Shown piece by piece: positions 1-12,630 of a stretch of 64,000 nucleotides of DNA. The stretch comes from Octopus sinensis. Its lineage: Eukaryota. The position numbers and the translations under genes were made by a program. The stretch lies in the NCBI RefSeq assembly GCF_006345805.1, contig NC_043007.1:34844001-34908000 (forward strand). The letters run 5' to 3'. Under the pieces are notes generated by a model that saw only the letters and a program-made list of their open reading frames with translations, ran no database searches and was not told the origin of the DNA. The number at the start of each line of letters is the position of its first letter. Position 1 is the first letter of the stretch.

Positions 1-820
1 CCTTCTATATTCACTTCCCATGTTTCACTACCATGTACACAAGCATCATTCATTCGCATCATGCAATCTGCATTTGACACAAACATCATATAATCTGCCT
101 TTCACTCTTTACCAACAAAGGTAATAGCTCTCTGATCTTACCCAAGCCAGCTCTTTTTCTAGCAACTATGCTTTCAGATCATCCTCCTCTACTGTTATTT
201 AGGTTACCTAAGTAACAGAAACTGTATACTACCTCTAAGGATCCTACTATTCAATTCAATTCAATTTTTATTGGCTCAAAAAGCAAAAGCAAGGCCATGT
301 AGGGGGACAGGGAGTTATGTACAGAGATGGTGGTCATACAAAGAGTTCAGGCCATTTCTGGTCAAGAGAGACTTTGAACCGAGCGGTCGTCGGCATCTTC
401 ACTATCTCGTCCGGCAGCTTATTCCACAGATCCGCAACCCAGACGGACGGAGAAAGCCCCTCTCCTTCGATTGAGATGAAATTGTCGTAGATAGAGCTTT
501 TCGGAGTGACTCCGCAGCCTACGCTCTGGAGCAGGAGTGAAGAACAGCTCTTTCGAGAGGTTACACTTTCCGCTTATGATGTTGTGAGCGAGAATGAGAT
601 CACCACGGCGTCGGCGTTTTTCGAGAGAATTCATTTGAGGAAATCTATTTCCCACGTGTTCTTAGAGTTTGTAGATCCTGCAGGTCTACCATAACAAAGA
701 CTACATTCTTGTTAACCTTTCTGTGATTCCACTGCACCTCTTATGTATCTATAGCTTGCAGTACGTACACGATATGAAATTTCTCTTTGTACCTACATCT
801 TTTCCAAATATTGAGCAGAT
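1..820 (-). mobile_element. Degraded RTE-clade LINE fragment, interrupted by a CR1-like insertion
   Basis: The reverse strand resembles the RTE post-RT region also seen at 32350-32960 and 54770-55360 (E-V-Y-S-F-C-Y-L-G-type motif near 200-235). Many stops. Confidence 0.55.
251..662 (-). mobile_element. 5'-truncated CR1/L2-group LINE 3' end with (ATTGA)n tail
   Basis: ORF 419-655 reads SLEKRRRRGDLILAHNII...RLRSHSEKLY...RRRGAFSVR, the typical CR1 ORF2 C-terminus. AATAAA and TTGAATTGAATTGAA lie at the 3' end (251-272). CpG-rich, so probably young. Confidence 0.85.
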
Positions 821-890
821 TAACCCTTTAGTGCTCAGATTAATCTGTCAAATGTAATGCTTATTTGTTCACATTATTTTGACTTATTCA
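821..890. mobile_element. piggyBac-type element terminus
   Basis: Starts TTAA-CCCTTTAG, the same start as the MITEs at 27921 and 30015. Confidence 0.55.
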
Positions 891-1450
891 GGTTCAAGAG
901 GGGTGTCCACAATATTTACTTGTAACTCGGTAAACGTTTTACATACAGATTGTAAATTTTGTCAGTGGATGCTTATATACCAGTGGTTTATAGTTATATA
1001 ATTTTAGTTGATCTTTCTGATTAAATTTGAATTTTTATGGGCTTGTAAATTTAATTAACAGGTGTAAAAGCAATAACATTATGGATAAACACTAAAATTG
1101 AAATTCTTAATGCATCTTACCTGTTTGATTTATTATTGAAACTAACACAGATGTCAAGCACCAACAATTTTGCCACTTTTCAAAATGAGGTACATTAATT
1201 TGAATTAATTAAAATACAGGTATAATCGGTACAAGATTTTTTCTTTCTCTATATTTCATTCAAACATTTTCATTGAAAATAAAGTAAAAAACTCTTTTAC
1301 TAGTCAATATACCATTGGCTATGTACTCTTATACAATTTGATAAATACATTTATATAACAGAATGCATCTAATAAAAAGCTCATTAATAGGTGTGACAAA
1401 GATGAATACAGGTGTGCAACATATTGAAACTTAATATGTATTTCTCACTT

Positions 1451-1813
1451 TCACATATATATAAACGGCAAAATGTCTGTGTGTGTGTCCTTTATACAAA
1501 TACACAATTTTTCAGTTAGAGGGCTTGCACTTTCTATGGTCATTCAAAACCGTCCAAGGGTGGTCATGCACATCTTTACATTTCCCCAGTCACCCAACAA
1601 AGCCATTAAAAAATCAATAGAAGTGACTTTTTTGTGAATTTTCTTTCCAAAACCCAATCAAAATGCCTGAAATTTGATACGCCAATTGAATGCCAGCTAG
1701 CTGTATGTGATTAGTCGGAGATTTGGACAGTACTCGCATGTATGTGAGCATGCCCGCAGCTGTATATGCATGCACTAGCACTATGACCAGGTGTTGCCAG
1801 GTCATAATGCTAG
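1451..1813 (+). mobile_element. Non-autonomous Helitron, family H2
   Basis: 5' TATATATAAACGGCAAAATGTCTG, subterminal hairpin, ends CTAG|T. Homologous to 59327-59790. Confidence 0.75.
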
Positions 1814-1867
1814 TTTGTAATAAAATGAAAGGAATATATAATAGTATTACTATCAAACAAAATATAA

Positions 1868-2600
1868 TTATGCCATATTTCTATCATGAAACTGTCCAAA
1901 GCACCCTTTACACAAGAGCACTTTGTAAAATGAAAACATATATGAGGTCTTGACCTGATATCCTTTCACAGTTTTTTGAGGTTTTTTTTGCAGCGAACAC
2001 AGTCTGCAAACTTTTTTCCTTCCATTTATTTTTTCCACTTTATAGAAGTCAATATTTTTTCTGTTGACACCCACCTCAGTTAATTTTGCCTTTCTCCTAG
2101 CTCTGTGTTTTCTGGGAGAAAAGCCCTAACATAACTGAGATGTGATGTCAACTCAAAATTTCAAATGGCCATAGTCATTTCATGGCAGAGGTAACTTGTG
2201 GTCTTTTACATAAACAATATTTGAATTAACCATAGTCGGACATAATTTTGGAGATATATGGATCACCATACCTTATATCAGGACTCCAGTAGTTCCACAG
2301 TTGAGGAAACTGCTTGATACCAAACATAATGTTTATAGTAAAAAGAAGCTTGCATTTCTGCTGTATCAGTTGTCTGCCATAGTGAATCAGGTCTTCCACA
2401 AATAGAAACTATGCATTGAGCATATTTATTTGTTTCCTCCATGATAGTTTCAAAAAATCTTTTCAGTAAAAATAAAAATAAATAGTCCAATGGTGGAGCA
2501 TCAGGAGGTAAACTGTTGTAGATTAGTCTTTTCTATGAAATAGGGAATTGTGGTTGATGCAGTAATCTTGAACCATGTTGCCATGTAGCTAATACCTGAA
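1868..2600 (-). pseudogene. piggyBac (PGBD-like) transposase relic, internally deleted
   Basis: ORF 2278-2490 (DYLFLFLLKRFFETIMEETNKYA...WQTTDTAEMQA) matches the PGBD N-terminal region. ORF 1868-2074 (KKVCRLCS...KTSYMF...LLCKGCFGQFH) matches the C-terminal Cys-rich domain. Confidence 0.7.
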
Positions 2601-2761
2601 AGAGGGGGCTTTGGAAAGCATGCTATTAAGTTATTACTTAGATGATATAAAATATATACATATATATTAAAGTTGACACTGGCTCACTGGATCTTGTCAA
2701 ACCATCCAACCCATGCCAGCATGGAAAACAGACTTTAAATAATGATGATGATGTTGTTGAT

Positions 2762-3153
2762 GATGCAGGACTGGCTGTGTGGTAAGTAACTTGCTAACCA
2801 ACCACATGGTTCCAGGTTCAGTCCCACTGTGTGGCATCTTGGGCAAGTGTCTTCTACTATAGCCCCGGGCTGACCAATGCCTTGTGAGTGGATTTGGTAG
2901 ACGGAAACTGAAAGAAGCCCGTCGTATATATGTATTTATATAAATATGCATTTGTGTGTCTGTTTGTCCCCTAGCATTGCTTGACAACCGATGCTGGTGT
3001 GTTTATGTCCCCGTTACTTAGCAGTTCGGCAAAAGAGACCGATAGAATAAGTACTGGGCTTACAAAAGAATAAGTCCCGGGGTCGAGTTGCTCGATTAAA
3101 GGCGGTGCTCCAGCATGGCCGCAGTCAAATGACTGAAACAAGTAAAAAAAGAG
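2762..3153 (+). mobile_element. tRNA-derived SINE family A (representative copy)
   Basis: A box TGGCTGTGTGG, B box GGTTCAGTCC, internal (TA)/(TG) tract, tail GACTGAAACAAGTAAAAGAG. Other copies at ~5079-5470(-), 10199-10610(-), 17875-18110(-), 18810-18965(-), 20377-20925(-), 22440-23100(-), 23625-24282(-), 38976-39383(-), 43925-44347(-), 45500-45850(+), 49885-50155(-), 58711-59100(+). Confidence 0.9.
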
Positions 3154-3234
3154 TATGTACATGTTTCATTCTCCTTGTCTTGACATTGTATCATAGCTGT
3201 AAACAAGTATCACTGTCAGACAAGTTATGTCATT

Positions 3235-3790
3235 TCATCATCATCACCATCATTGTTCAACGTCTGCTTTCCATGCTGGCATGGGTTGGACGATTTGACT
3301 GGGAACTGGCGAACCAGATGGCTGCACCAGGCTCCAATCTGATCTGGCAGAGTTTCTGCAACTGGATGCCCTTCCTAACGCCAACCACTCCGAGAGTGTA
3401 GTGGGTGCACAAGGGCCAGTCAGGCAGTACTGGCAATGGCCACGCTCAAATGGTGCTTTTTATGTGCCGCTTGCACAGGAGCCAGTCCAGCGGCACTGGC
3501 AACGAGCTTGCTCAAATGTTTTTTCACATGCCACCAGCACAAGTGCCAGTAAGGTGACACAGGTAACGATCATGTTCAAATGGTGTCTTTTACGTGCCAC
3601 CAGCACGGAGGCCAGCTTGTTGCTCTGGCAACGATCACGCTTGGATGGTACTCTTAGAGCTCCATTAGCACAGATCCCAGTCATCGAATTTGATTTCGAT
3701 TTCGATTTCACTTGCCTCAACAGGTCTTCGCAAACAGAGTTTAGTGCCCAATGAAGGAAAGGTACGCATAAATGGGCTGGTTACACCCCT
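3235..3790 (-). mobile_element. SINE family D, with (GAT)n tail and internal GGCACGTAAAAAGCACC modules (representative copy)
   Basis: Shared 3' part GGCGTTAGGAAGGGCATCCAG...CCAACCCATGCTAGCATGGAAAGCGGACGTTAAACGATGATG. Other copies at ~13330-14230(+), 15765-16085(+), 21820-22020(+), 30262-30870(+), 33060-33660(+), 44535-45085(-), 8875-9070(-). Confidence 0.85.
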
Positions 3791-4006
3791 GTCATTTGTT
3801 TCCAATAATTTACACAAACATGTCTGACAATTAGGAAATGCTACCTTGCTTGAAAACAGATGAGTGTTGTCAGGATGGGTATCCAGCCGTAGAAAATCTG
3901 CCTCAGTAAATTCTGTCTGACTCATGCAAGCCATGGAAAAGAGGGCATTAAAAACTGATGGTGATACAAACACACACACAGACACACACACACACACAGA
4001 CACACA

Positions 4007-4053
<47 letters not shown>

Positions 4054-4176
4054 TTTGCTGCCAGTTATGCAAACCACAGTATTTGAAGGTCAACTGATTT
4101 TATATTTTGACAAGACTAATAGTCAAAATATAAATAAAATTACTGCTACAACAACAAAAAAATAGCAACAAAAAAC

Positions 4177-4213
<37 letters not shown>

Positions 4214-4461
4214 GAGTAGCAGCAGTAGTAGTAGTAGTTCTTTCTATTAAGGTACAGTACGGTGGCCTGAAATTCAGGGGCAGGAGAAAGTCAGTTACAT
4301 CGACCCCAGTGCATAACTGGTATTTATTTCATTGACCCTGAAAGGATGGAAAGCAAAGTCAGCCTCAACAGATTTTGAACTCAGAATGTAAAGGTGGACA
4401 CAATGCTGCTAAGCATTTTGTCCTGCATGCCAGTGATTATGTCATTAATAATAATTCTTTA

Positions 4462-4795
4462 AGGCGCGTGGCTCAGTGGTTAGAGCATCGAGCTTACGAT
4501 CGTGAGGTTGTGAGCTCGAATCCTGGACCGGGCTGCGTGTTGTGTTCTTGAGCAAGACACTTTATTTCACGTTGCTCCAGTTCACTCAGCTGCAGAAATG
4601 AGTTGCGACGTCACAGGTGCCAAGCTGTATCGGCCCCTTTGCCTTTCCCTTGGACAACATCGGTGACGTGGAGAGGGGAGACCGGTATGCATGGGCGACT
4701 GCTGGTCTTCCATAAAACAACCTTGCCCAAACTTGTGCCTCAGAGGGTAACTCTCTAGGTGCAAACCCATGGTCAGTGTCTGACCGAAGGGGCTC
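4462..4795 (+). mobile_element. tRNA-derived SINE family C (representative copy)
   Basis: tRNA head GGCGCGTGGCTCAGTGGTTAGAGC...TCGAATCC followed by TTGTGTTCTTGAGCAAGACACT. Related copies at ~7287-7670(+), 18115-18440(-), 25400-25510(+), 29595-29900(-), 33830-34078(-), 52505-52755(+), 54470-54765(-). Confidence 0.85.
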
Positions 4796-5576
4796 AAAAA
4801 AAAAAAAAGTAATAATAATGATAATAATAATGGTTTCATAGAGCCAGCAGTTTTTGAGTGGACTGGTCAGTCAATTACATCAATCTCAGTTATTCAGTGA
4901 TACTTATTTCATCAATCCTGAGAGGATGAAAGGCAAATTCAGTTTCGGTGAAATCTGAGCTCAGAACACAAGTCTGACGAAATGCACTAAGCATTTTGTC
5001 AGGCCTGAAGACAATGTCCCGAAGAAAACAACGTGTGCTTGTTCAGCTTTTGCCAAACATCCTGCATAAATGATTTATTCTTTTACTTGTTTCAGTCATT
5101 TGACTGTGGCCACGCTGGAGCACCGCCTTTAGTCAAGCAAATCAACCCCAGGACTTATTCTTTGTAAGTCTAGTACTTATCGGTCTCTTTTGCTGAACCA
5201 CTAAGTTACTGGGACGTAAACAAACCACCATTGGTTGATGTTGGGGGGACAAACACAGACACACAAACATATACACACACATACATACACATATATATAC
5301 ATATATACGATGGGCTTCTTTCAGTTTTCATCTACCAAATCCACTCACAAGGCTTTGGTTAGCCTGAGGCTATAGTAGAAGACACTTGCCCAAGGTGCCA
5401 CGCAGTGGGACTGAACCCAGAACCATGTGGTTGGCAAGCAAGCTACTTACCACACAGCCACTCCTACGCCTATGTTTTTAGATTTGTTTATAGGTATGAA
5501 ACACTCGTGTTGCACATTAGCTCACTCTCCATCAAATCCACATTGTCTGAACAGGTGCACAGTGTGCCACATGTCA

Positions 5577-5716
5577 CGTCCTGTTGCTGGATGCCTGTAT
5601 CCCTGGAGATTACATCAGGGTAGGAGAATGTGCGCCCTCGCCATGATGGACCGTGAAGTCTGGCGTAGCATGGTAAGTTCCATTGTCTCGACCACGGTCG
5701 AACAATGATGATGATG
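5577..5716 (+). mobile_element. Short 5'-inverted RTE LINE 3' end with 8-bp target-site duplication
   Basis: Plus 5640-5708 encodes AMMDREVWRSMVSSIVSTTVEQ* followed by (TGA)n. Minus 5640-5578 encodes RGRTFSYPDVISRDTGIQQQD. ACATGTCA flanks both sides (5569-5576, 5717-5724). Confidence 0.8.
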
Positions 5717-6030
5717 ACATGTCAGGTGTCAAAGTGATCACAGAACAGTGTGAGATGAACTATTTTGCTCAAGAACACTATGTACCACCCAGTCTAAGAA
5801 TTAAAATCCTGATCACTATATCATAAGTGCAACACCCTAACCACTAGGTCATGAATCCTCAGTAGTAGTAGTAGTAGTAGTAATTATTATTATTATTATT
5901 ATTCTTTCTACTAAAGGCACAAGGCCTGAAATTTGGTGGGAGGGAACTGGTCAATTACATCCACCTCAGTGTTTCATTGGTACTTTATTTATCAACCCCT
6001 AAAGGATGAAAGGTCAAGTCAACCTCAGTG

Positions 6031-6070
<40 letters not shown>

Positions 6071-6389
6071 CATCGTCATCGCTTAACATCCACTTTCGAT
6101 GCTGACAAGGGTTGGATGGTTTGACTGAGGACTGGCGAGGCAGAAGGCTGCACCAGGCTCCAATCTGACCTGTAGCATGGCAGTTCGTACACATGCGTCA
6201 TAAAGTCTACTCTTTACTCTGAGCAAGAGAGTCCTTTGTCACCAGCAGAGGTAGGAGCACTCTGAACTTTGCCCAAGGCATGACATTTTGGGGGAGAGAG
6301 CTAGTTGATTATATTGACCCCAGTGTGTAACTGGTACTTATTCCATCAACCCCAAAAGGATGAATGCATGAATTTGGAGTATGAAAAGT

Positions 6390-6620
6390 GTAATGGTTGT
6401 ACCTAATGATTAGTGCACTGGGAACTGTAAGAAAAGATATAGACAATTGGTTGAAGGGGATTAGAATAGAATGTCCTGTTGAGCTTCTGCAGAAAGTTTG
6501 CCTCCTAAGGATAGGCAAGACTATCAGGAGGGTTCTAAGGTTACAGATAGTAACCCACTACCCACATAAATCCTGCCAAGAATAAGATCAAACCTGAGTG
6601 AAATCAAAGGTAATATTAAT
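6390..6620 (+). mobile_element. R4/Dong LINE C-terminal fragment
   Basis: ISALGTVRKDIDNWLKGIRIECPVELLQKVCLLRIGKTIRRVL is typical of the end of the RLE domain. Confidence 0.7.
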
Positions 6621-7845
6621 AATGCTTTCAGATTTGGCACAAGGCCAGCAATTCAATTACATCAACCCCAGTGCTCAACTGGTGCTTATTTCAGGGTTGA
6701 TAAAACCCTGAAAGGATGAAAGGCAAAGTTGACCCCGGTGGAAACTTGAACTCAGAATGTGAAGATAGACAAAATACCTATTTCTGCATTTTCAAAAATA
6801 TCCTTCATCACTTTATTTTCACTGACTGACCCTTTTACTGCCACTTTTCTTTGGTACACCCTCTCATCTTGCCAATAGCAGATCTCCCCACGTATGCTTG
6901 TTTTACTATTTCCTTATTTCTTTATTGCTCACAAGGGGCTAAACACAGAGGGGACAAACAAGGACAGACAAACGGATTAAATCAATTATATCAACCCCAG
7001 TGCATAACTGGTACTTGTTTAATCGACCCCAAAAGGATGAAAGGCTGAGTCGACCTCGGCAGAATTTGAACTCAGAACGTAGCAGTAGACAAAATACCGC
7101 TAAGCATTTCACCCAGCATGCTAATGATTCTGCCAGCTTGCCACCTTAATAATAATTCCTATGGTTAGGGGTCAGACTGAAATTTCCAATAACCAGCACA
7201 AGACCGCAAATACACTGAGGCAAAGGACAAACAAGAGTTCTTATGTACTTTTATATTTTTATTTATGTATTCTATATCACCAGTGGAGGCGCAATGGCCC
7301 AGTGGTTAGGGCAGCGGACTCGCGGTCGTAGGATCGTGGTTTCGATTCCCAGACCGGGCGTTGTGAGTGTTTATTGAGCGAAAACACCTAAAGCTCCACT
7401 AGGCTCCGGCAGGGGATGGTGGTGATCCCTGCTGTACTCTTTCACCACAACTTTCTCTCACTCTTACTTCCTGTTTCTGTTGTACCTGTATTTCAAGGGG
7501 CCGGCCTTGTCACTCTCTGTGTCACGCTGAATATCCCCGAGAACTACGTTAAGGGTACACGTGTCTGTGGAGTGCTCAGCCACTTACACGTTAATTTCAC
7601 GAGCAGGCTGTTCCGTTGATTCGGATCAACCGGAACCCTCGTCGTCGTAACCGACGGAGTGCTTCCATCCCTATATCACCAGCATGTGAACTATACCATC
7701 ATTAGTTACACACATCATCGTTAGTTTCCCATGGGCCAGTCACTTGTTCTCTGAATTTTTAACAGGGAGAATGACAAACGCATGTCTAACTCAACACAAA
7801 ACAAATACAGTATGGAATGCCATTTGTAAACACCATTTGTTTTAC

Positions 7846-8427
7846 ATTATTTACATCATTTACATTCGACAGATATTTGTCCTCGTCTTGTCCTCATCAT
7901 AACAACAAACACGATGAGGACAAATATCTGTTGAATGTAAATCTATACATATAAAGCTGAAGTTGTCTGTGTGTGTGGCAGGTTTGGTAACCTTCAACTA
8001 ACACTAACTCCTCCGAGACCCTGCGGCACAAGTTGACCAAAATTGAGAGTATGATAGAAGAAGGCTTGCTCTTCATTCCGTAGAAGAAAAAATTCAAATC
8101 AGACCATGTTAAGACCAAAAATTATTTACATCAAAAAGGTGCTTTTTTTCTATGAAAATCCCTGTTTTTTACGATTTTTGACTGCTGTCTCGCCATTTTT
8201 CAGTGTATTTCAACCAGAAAAATGTTCGCTTAAAGAGAATAACAAGCTACATAATGCAAAATTTTTACTTTTCAAAAAAGATTGAAACTATGTCAGAACT
8301 TTGTTAACTCGACATCAAAGTCTGCCGTTTTAAGCGCGACTAAAAAACAAACCCGAGCATCACCGGGCTATACTGCTAGTAATGTAAATAATGTACATAA
8401 TTCCTCATCTCTTAAATATAGAACTGT
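7846..8427. repeat. Palindromic repeat remnant with a Helitron inserted in its right arm
   Basis: TTTACATTCGACAGATATTTGTCCTCGTC versus GATGAGGACAAATATCTGTTGAATGTAA. The right arm resumes after 8379. Confidence 0.6.
7942..8379 (+). mobile_element. Non-autonomous Helitron, family H1
   Basis: Starts A|TC, subterminal hairpin CCCGAG...CCGGG, ends CTAG|T, no target-site duplication. Four copies in the window. Confidence 0.8.
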
Positions 8428-8619
8428 ACCATTTGTTTTCTTGACAATGACAGGTATGGTTGTTTCACTTGTGTCACACTACAGGGACAAACTGATTACA
8501 TTGACCCCAGTGTTTGACTGGTACTTATTTTATCTTTACATTCAGTGTTCAAATCTTACCATAATCGACTTTGCTTTTCATTTGTCCAGGTCAATAAAAT
8601 AAAATACCATTTAAATCAT

Positions 8620-8852
8620 CTATTTCTTTACTACCCACAAGGGGCTAAACACAGAGAGGATAAACAAGGACAGACAAATGGATTAAGTTGATTATATCGA
8701 CCCCAGTGCTTAACTGCTATTTAATTTATCGACCCCGAAAGGATGAAAGGCAAAGTCGACTTCGGCAGAATTTGAACTCAGAACGTAACAGCAGACGAAA
8801 TACGGCTATGCATTTCGCCCGGCGTGCTAACGATTCTGCCAGCTCGCCGCCT
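8620..8852 (-). mobile_element. SINE family B (representative copy)
   Basis: GGCGGCGAGCTGGCAGAATCGTTAGC...GAGTTCAAATTC...GACTTTGCCTTTCATCCTTTCGGGGTCGATAAA...TAAAGAAATA. Other copies at ~6915-7148(-), 14590-14818(+), 21240-21445(-), 23870-24100(+), 33080-33298(-), 41130-41830(+, three degraded copies), 43295-43490(+), 45160-45372(-), 50260-50492(-), 53248-53465(+). Confidence 0.9.
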
Positions 8853-9783
8853 TTTTCTTAAATACCATTTAAATCATCATCATAATTATCATTGCCTGAA
8901 ATCCTCCTTCCATGCAGGCATGGATTGGATGGTTTGATAAGAGCTGGCCAGGTAGGAGCCTGCACCAGACTTCTGTGTCTGTTTTTGCAGGGTTTTTTAC
9001 AGCTGGATGCCCTTCCTAACACCAAACAGTCCACAGAGTGGACTGAGTGTTTTTTACATGGCACAAGCACTGGTTAGGTCAATTCGATGCCCTTCCAAAC
9101 ACCAACCTGCAATCATTCAGTACTAGTTACAAGCTGTCACTTATAAACCCACGTGGGTTTATTTACATTTCTGAAAAAAAAAACCCTTCCCCCCACCCCT
9201 AACCCTAATCCTAACCCTCATTATATAAAAAAAAAAAGTTACAGAAAGTGACGATCTTCTTCGTCAAATGTAAACGGTACTCGTATCAAAAGAATGCCAC
9301 ACCAACCATTTTACAGTGTTGACTGAATGCTTTCTAAGTGGCACCTGCACTAACAGGGTCACCAAATAACATGCAAGACCAAAATCATTTGAAAGGGGTA
9401 GGGGTATTGGAGAAGGTGAACTTGTATCAGATGATGAAATGTTATTGTGAGACAGAGAGACAGAAACAAGCATCTTGTTGCAGGGTAGGTACATGGTTAG
9501 CTGACCAGAGAAAGAGAGAGAGAGAGAGTTGTTATTACTAGTGCATGACATTGTGTTTTATAGCCAGAATATGCAATGCTTTGTTTCATAAAAATATAGA
9601 TATATATGCAAGAATGAATTAAGCAAAATCAGGTAAAAACAATATTGAATTTAATAGATTAAAATACATATTAGTTTCTATTTCTTTATATTTCTATATA
9701 CAACATTTATTCATAGCAAACCACAGACAGGAAATTTTGACAAACAATGTCTGCATATGCAATCTTCCTTGTGAGATAAATGA

Positions 9784-9950
<167 letters not shown>

Positions 9951-10609
9951 ACATTTCCTATTGTAAAGAAGCTTATTGAAATTTTCCTGAGCAAACTGGA
10001 TATTTCTAAGTTTTCTTAAGATAAATTTAAATTCATCATTTTCTTTCCCTTTTGTAATAAACCTTTTTTTTTTTTTTTTTTTTGAAAAGAAGTTTGTTTA
10101 TTTTTGAATGTAGTAGTAGCTTAAAGATCATGTTATGAAGTATGTGTGTTTATCTGTGTACATACATTCATATGCATATACATACACACATACATACTCT
10201 TTTTACTCTTTTAATTGTTTCAGTCATTTGACTGCGACCATGCTGGAGCACCGCCTTTAGTCGAGCAAATCGACCCCAGGACTTATTCTTTGTAAGCCTA
10301 GTACTTATTCTATCGATCTCTTTTGCCGAACTGCTAAGTTACGGGGACGTAAACACACCAGCGTCAGTTGTCAAGCGATGTTGTAGGGGACAAACACAGA
10401 CACACAAACACACACACACGCATATATATGTATATATATATATACATATATATACATATATATATATACGACAGGCTTCTTTCAGTTTCTGTCTACCAAA
10501 TCCACTCACAAAGCTTTGGTGGACCGAGGCTATAGTAGGAGACACTCACCCAAGCTGCCACATAGTGGGACTGAATCCAGAACCATGTGGTTGGTAAGGA
10601 AGCTACATT

Positions 10610-10925
10610 ATTTCATCAAATTTGCCATGACGGCATTACAAAGAGGGGACGAACAAAGACAAACAAACATAAAAAGGTGAAGTAGCTGCTAATCGATTAA
10701 AAAACAGTTTTGGATGATAGGGGAATCATGAAACAATATATATATAGTTTAAAAATCTTTTTAAATTTTACGTTCATTGCAATTCACAATGTATTCCCTA
10801 AAGGCATCCGGCCACCTGGGTAGAACCTTTACTTTTCATCTTGAATGCACTTACTTGGTGCCAATCGCACCCAACTTACTTTCCACAGGTTTCCATCTTT
10901 TAACAAATATACCCGTGACAGACAC
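10610..10925 (-). mobile_element. Possible L1/Tx1-type LINE 3' end
   Basis: The minus strand reads GIFVKRWKPVESKLGAIGTK*, similar to the F-x-x-R-W C-terminal motif of L1/Tx1 ORF2, followed by a UTR-like stretch. Confidence 0.4.
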
Positions 10926-11114
10926 TTACCACACAGCCAATCCTGCACCATACATACATGCATACATACATACACACACACATACATACATGTTGACTGG
11001 ATGCTTTCTAAGTGGCACCTGCACTGACAGGGTCACCAAATAACGTGCAAGACCAAAATCATTTGAAAGGGGTAGGGGTATTGGAGGAGGTGAACTTGTA
11101 TCAGATGATGACAC

Positions 11115-11400
11115 ACACTAGTCAGATGGTTAATACTTTCATCACTTTTTCTACAGATTCAGCATTTACTCTCTGGCTTAGTTTTATCCATCTTTGCTCT
11201 ATCAAATTAGTTCTAATGGCTTTCTCCTGACTAGCTATAATCAGAGATTCAATTTCTTGTTTCAATTTTCCATCTGTTAGCCATAGCCAGCATTTTTTTT
11301 TTTTCCAAAATCTTTTATTCATTGCATGAATCGGCCATGTTATTCCTTCTCTTTCCAACTATCTGTCTTGTTATTTTTCTGAAGTAGGCTGAAATTTGAA
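11115..11400 (-). mobile_element. R4/Dong LINE fragment (region before the zinc knuckle)
   Basis: WLWLTDGKLKQEIESLIIASQEKAIRTN matches the R4/Dong W-L-x-x-G-x-L-K-x-E-T-E...A-A-Q-E/D-Q-A motif. Confidence 0.8.
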
Positions 11401-11799
11401 GGAGATTTGCCTGCTGATGCTAACATGTCGAGTAACTCTGTATCTTATTATTTGGCTCACTTCTTCGATTGGAATGAGATGATTAAGTACAGCTGTTTGG
11501 ACACTTAACAATTTTGGCACGGCTGACTGGACATTCAACCTGGCATGGATGGGGCAATCACAGACACACACACACACATACATTCATGAATGTACGTGCA
11601 TGCAGGAATATACATATAAACACAGTGTAGCTGAGAGAGAAAGAGGGAATGAGCGAGGGACAGAGACCTTACAATTGACTTATGATTACTTTGGTTTATT
11701 TCTTCAATGTTTTCCATTTGCTCAGTTCCTTCATTCATGACTGTAGATAGAGCAAGGGTATTGGTACTTGGAGGGAAAGTAGAGTGAAGAATTCCATTC

Positions 11800-12630
11800 C
11801 TTTATTGATTCAGTACTTCATTAGCTCATTCTCTGGTAACCTACTTCTTCATTGACTTATTCATTTGTCTATTCTCTCCTTCATTGACTCATTCCTTCAA
11901 CTCGCTCCATTGACCCACTCCATTCTTTCAATAACTCATGCCTTCATTGCCTCACTTCTTCGTCAACTCACTCCATTAACTCATTCCTTCATCAATTCAC
12001 TCCTTCATTGACTCATTCCTTCATCAACTCACTCCTTCAGCAACTCTCTCCATTGACTCACTTCTTCATCAACCCACTCCATTCCTTCATTGCCTCACTT
12101 CTTCATCAATTCAATCCATTGATTCATTCCTTCATCAGTTCACTCCTTCATTAAGTCATACTTTCATCAACTCACTCCTTCATCAACTTACTCTTTCAAC
12201 ATCTTGCTCATTCCTTCATCAACTCGCTCCATTGACTCACTTCTTCATTGACCCACTCCACTCCTTCAACAACTCATTCCTTCATTGTCTCACTCCTTCA
12301 TCATCTCGCTCCATTGACTCACTTCTTCGTCAACTCCATTAATTCATTCCTTCATCAATTCACTCCTTCATTAAGTCATACTTTCATCAACTCACTCCTT
12401 CATCAACTTGCTCCATTAATTTACTCCTTCGTCAACTCACTCCATTAACTCACCTCTTCACCAACTAACTTTTTCATTAATGCATTCCTTCATTGACTCG
12501 CTCTTTCATTGACTCCTTCCCTTATTGACTCACTCTTCACTGACTTATTCATTTATTGATTCCCTCAGTCATTAACTCATTCCATTCACTCACTGTTTTC
12601 ATTCACTTGGCTCCTTCATTGATTCATAAA
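11800..12630. repeat. Degenerate pyrimidine-rich minisatellite, unit ~TTCATTGACTCACTCC
   Basis: Recurring TTCATCAACTCACTCC and TTCATTGACTCA units. Confidence 0.85.

Noticed and set aside
3690-3790. HDV-like ribozyme at the SINE D 5' end
   Set aside because: A CTTGC/GCAAG-type hairpin is present (perfect in the 45020 copy), but I could not build a consistent P1/P2/P3/J4-2 double pseudoknot in either copy.
4462-4533. Functional tRNA genes at SINE C heads (also 7288, 25404, 52509)
   Set aside because: They continue directly into SINE bodies, lack a terminator and have imperfect acceptor stems.
9690-9720. Minus-strand AATAAA as a host gene 3' end
   Set aside because: The hexamer is common in AT-rich DNA and no upstream coding exon was found.
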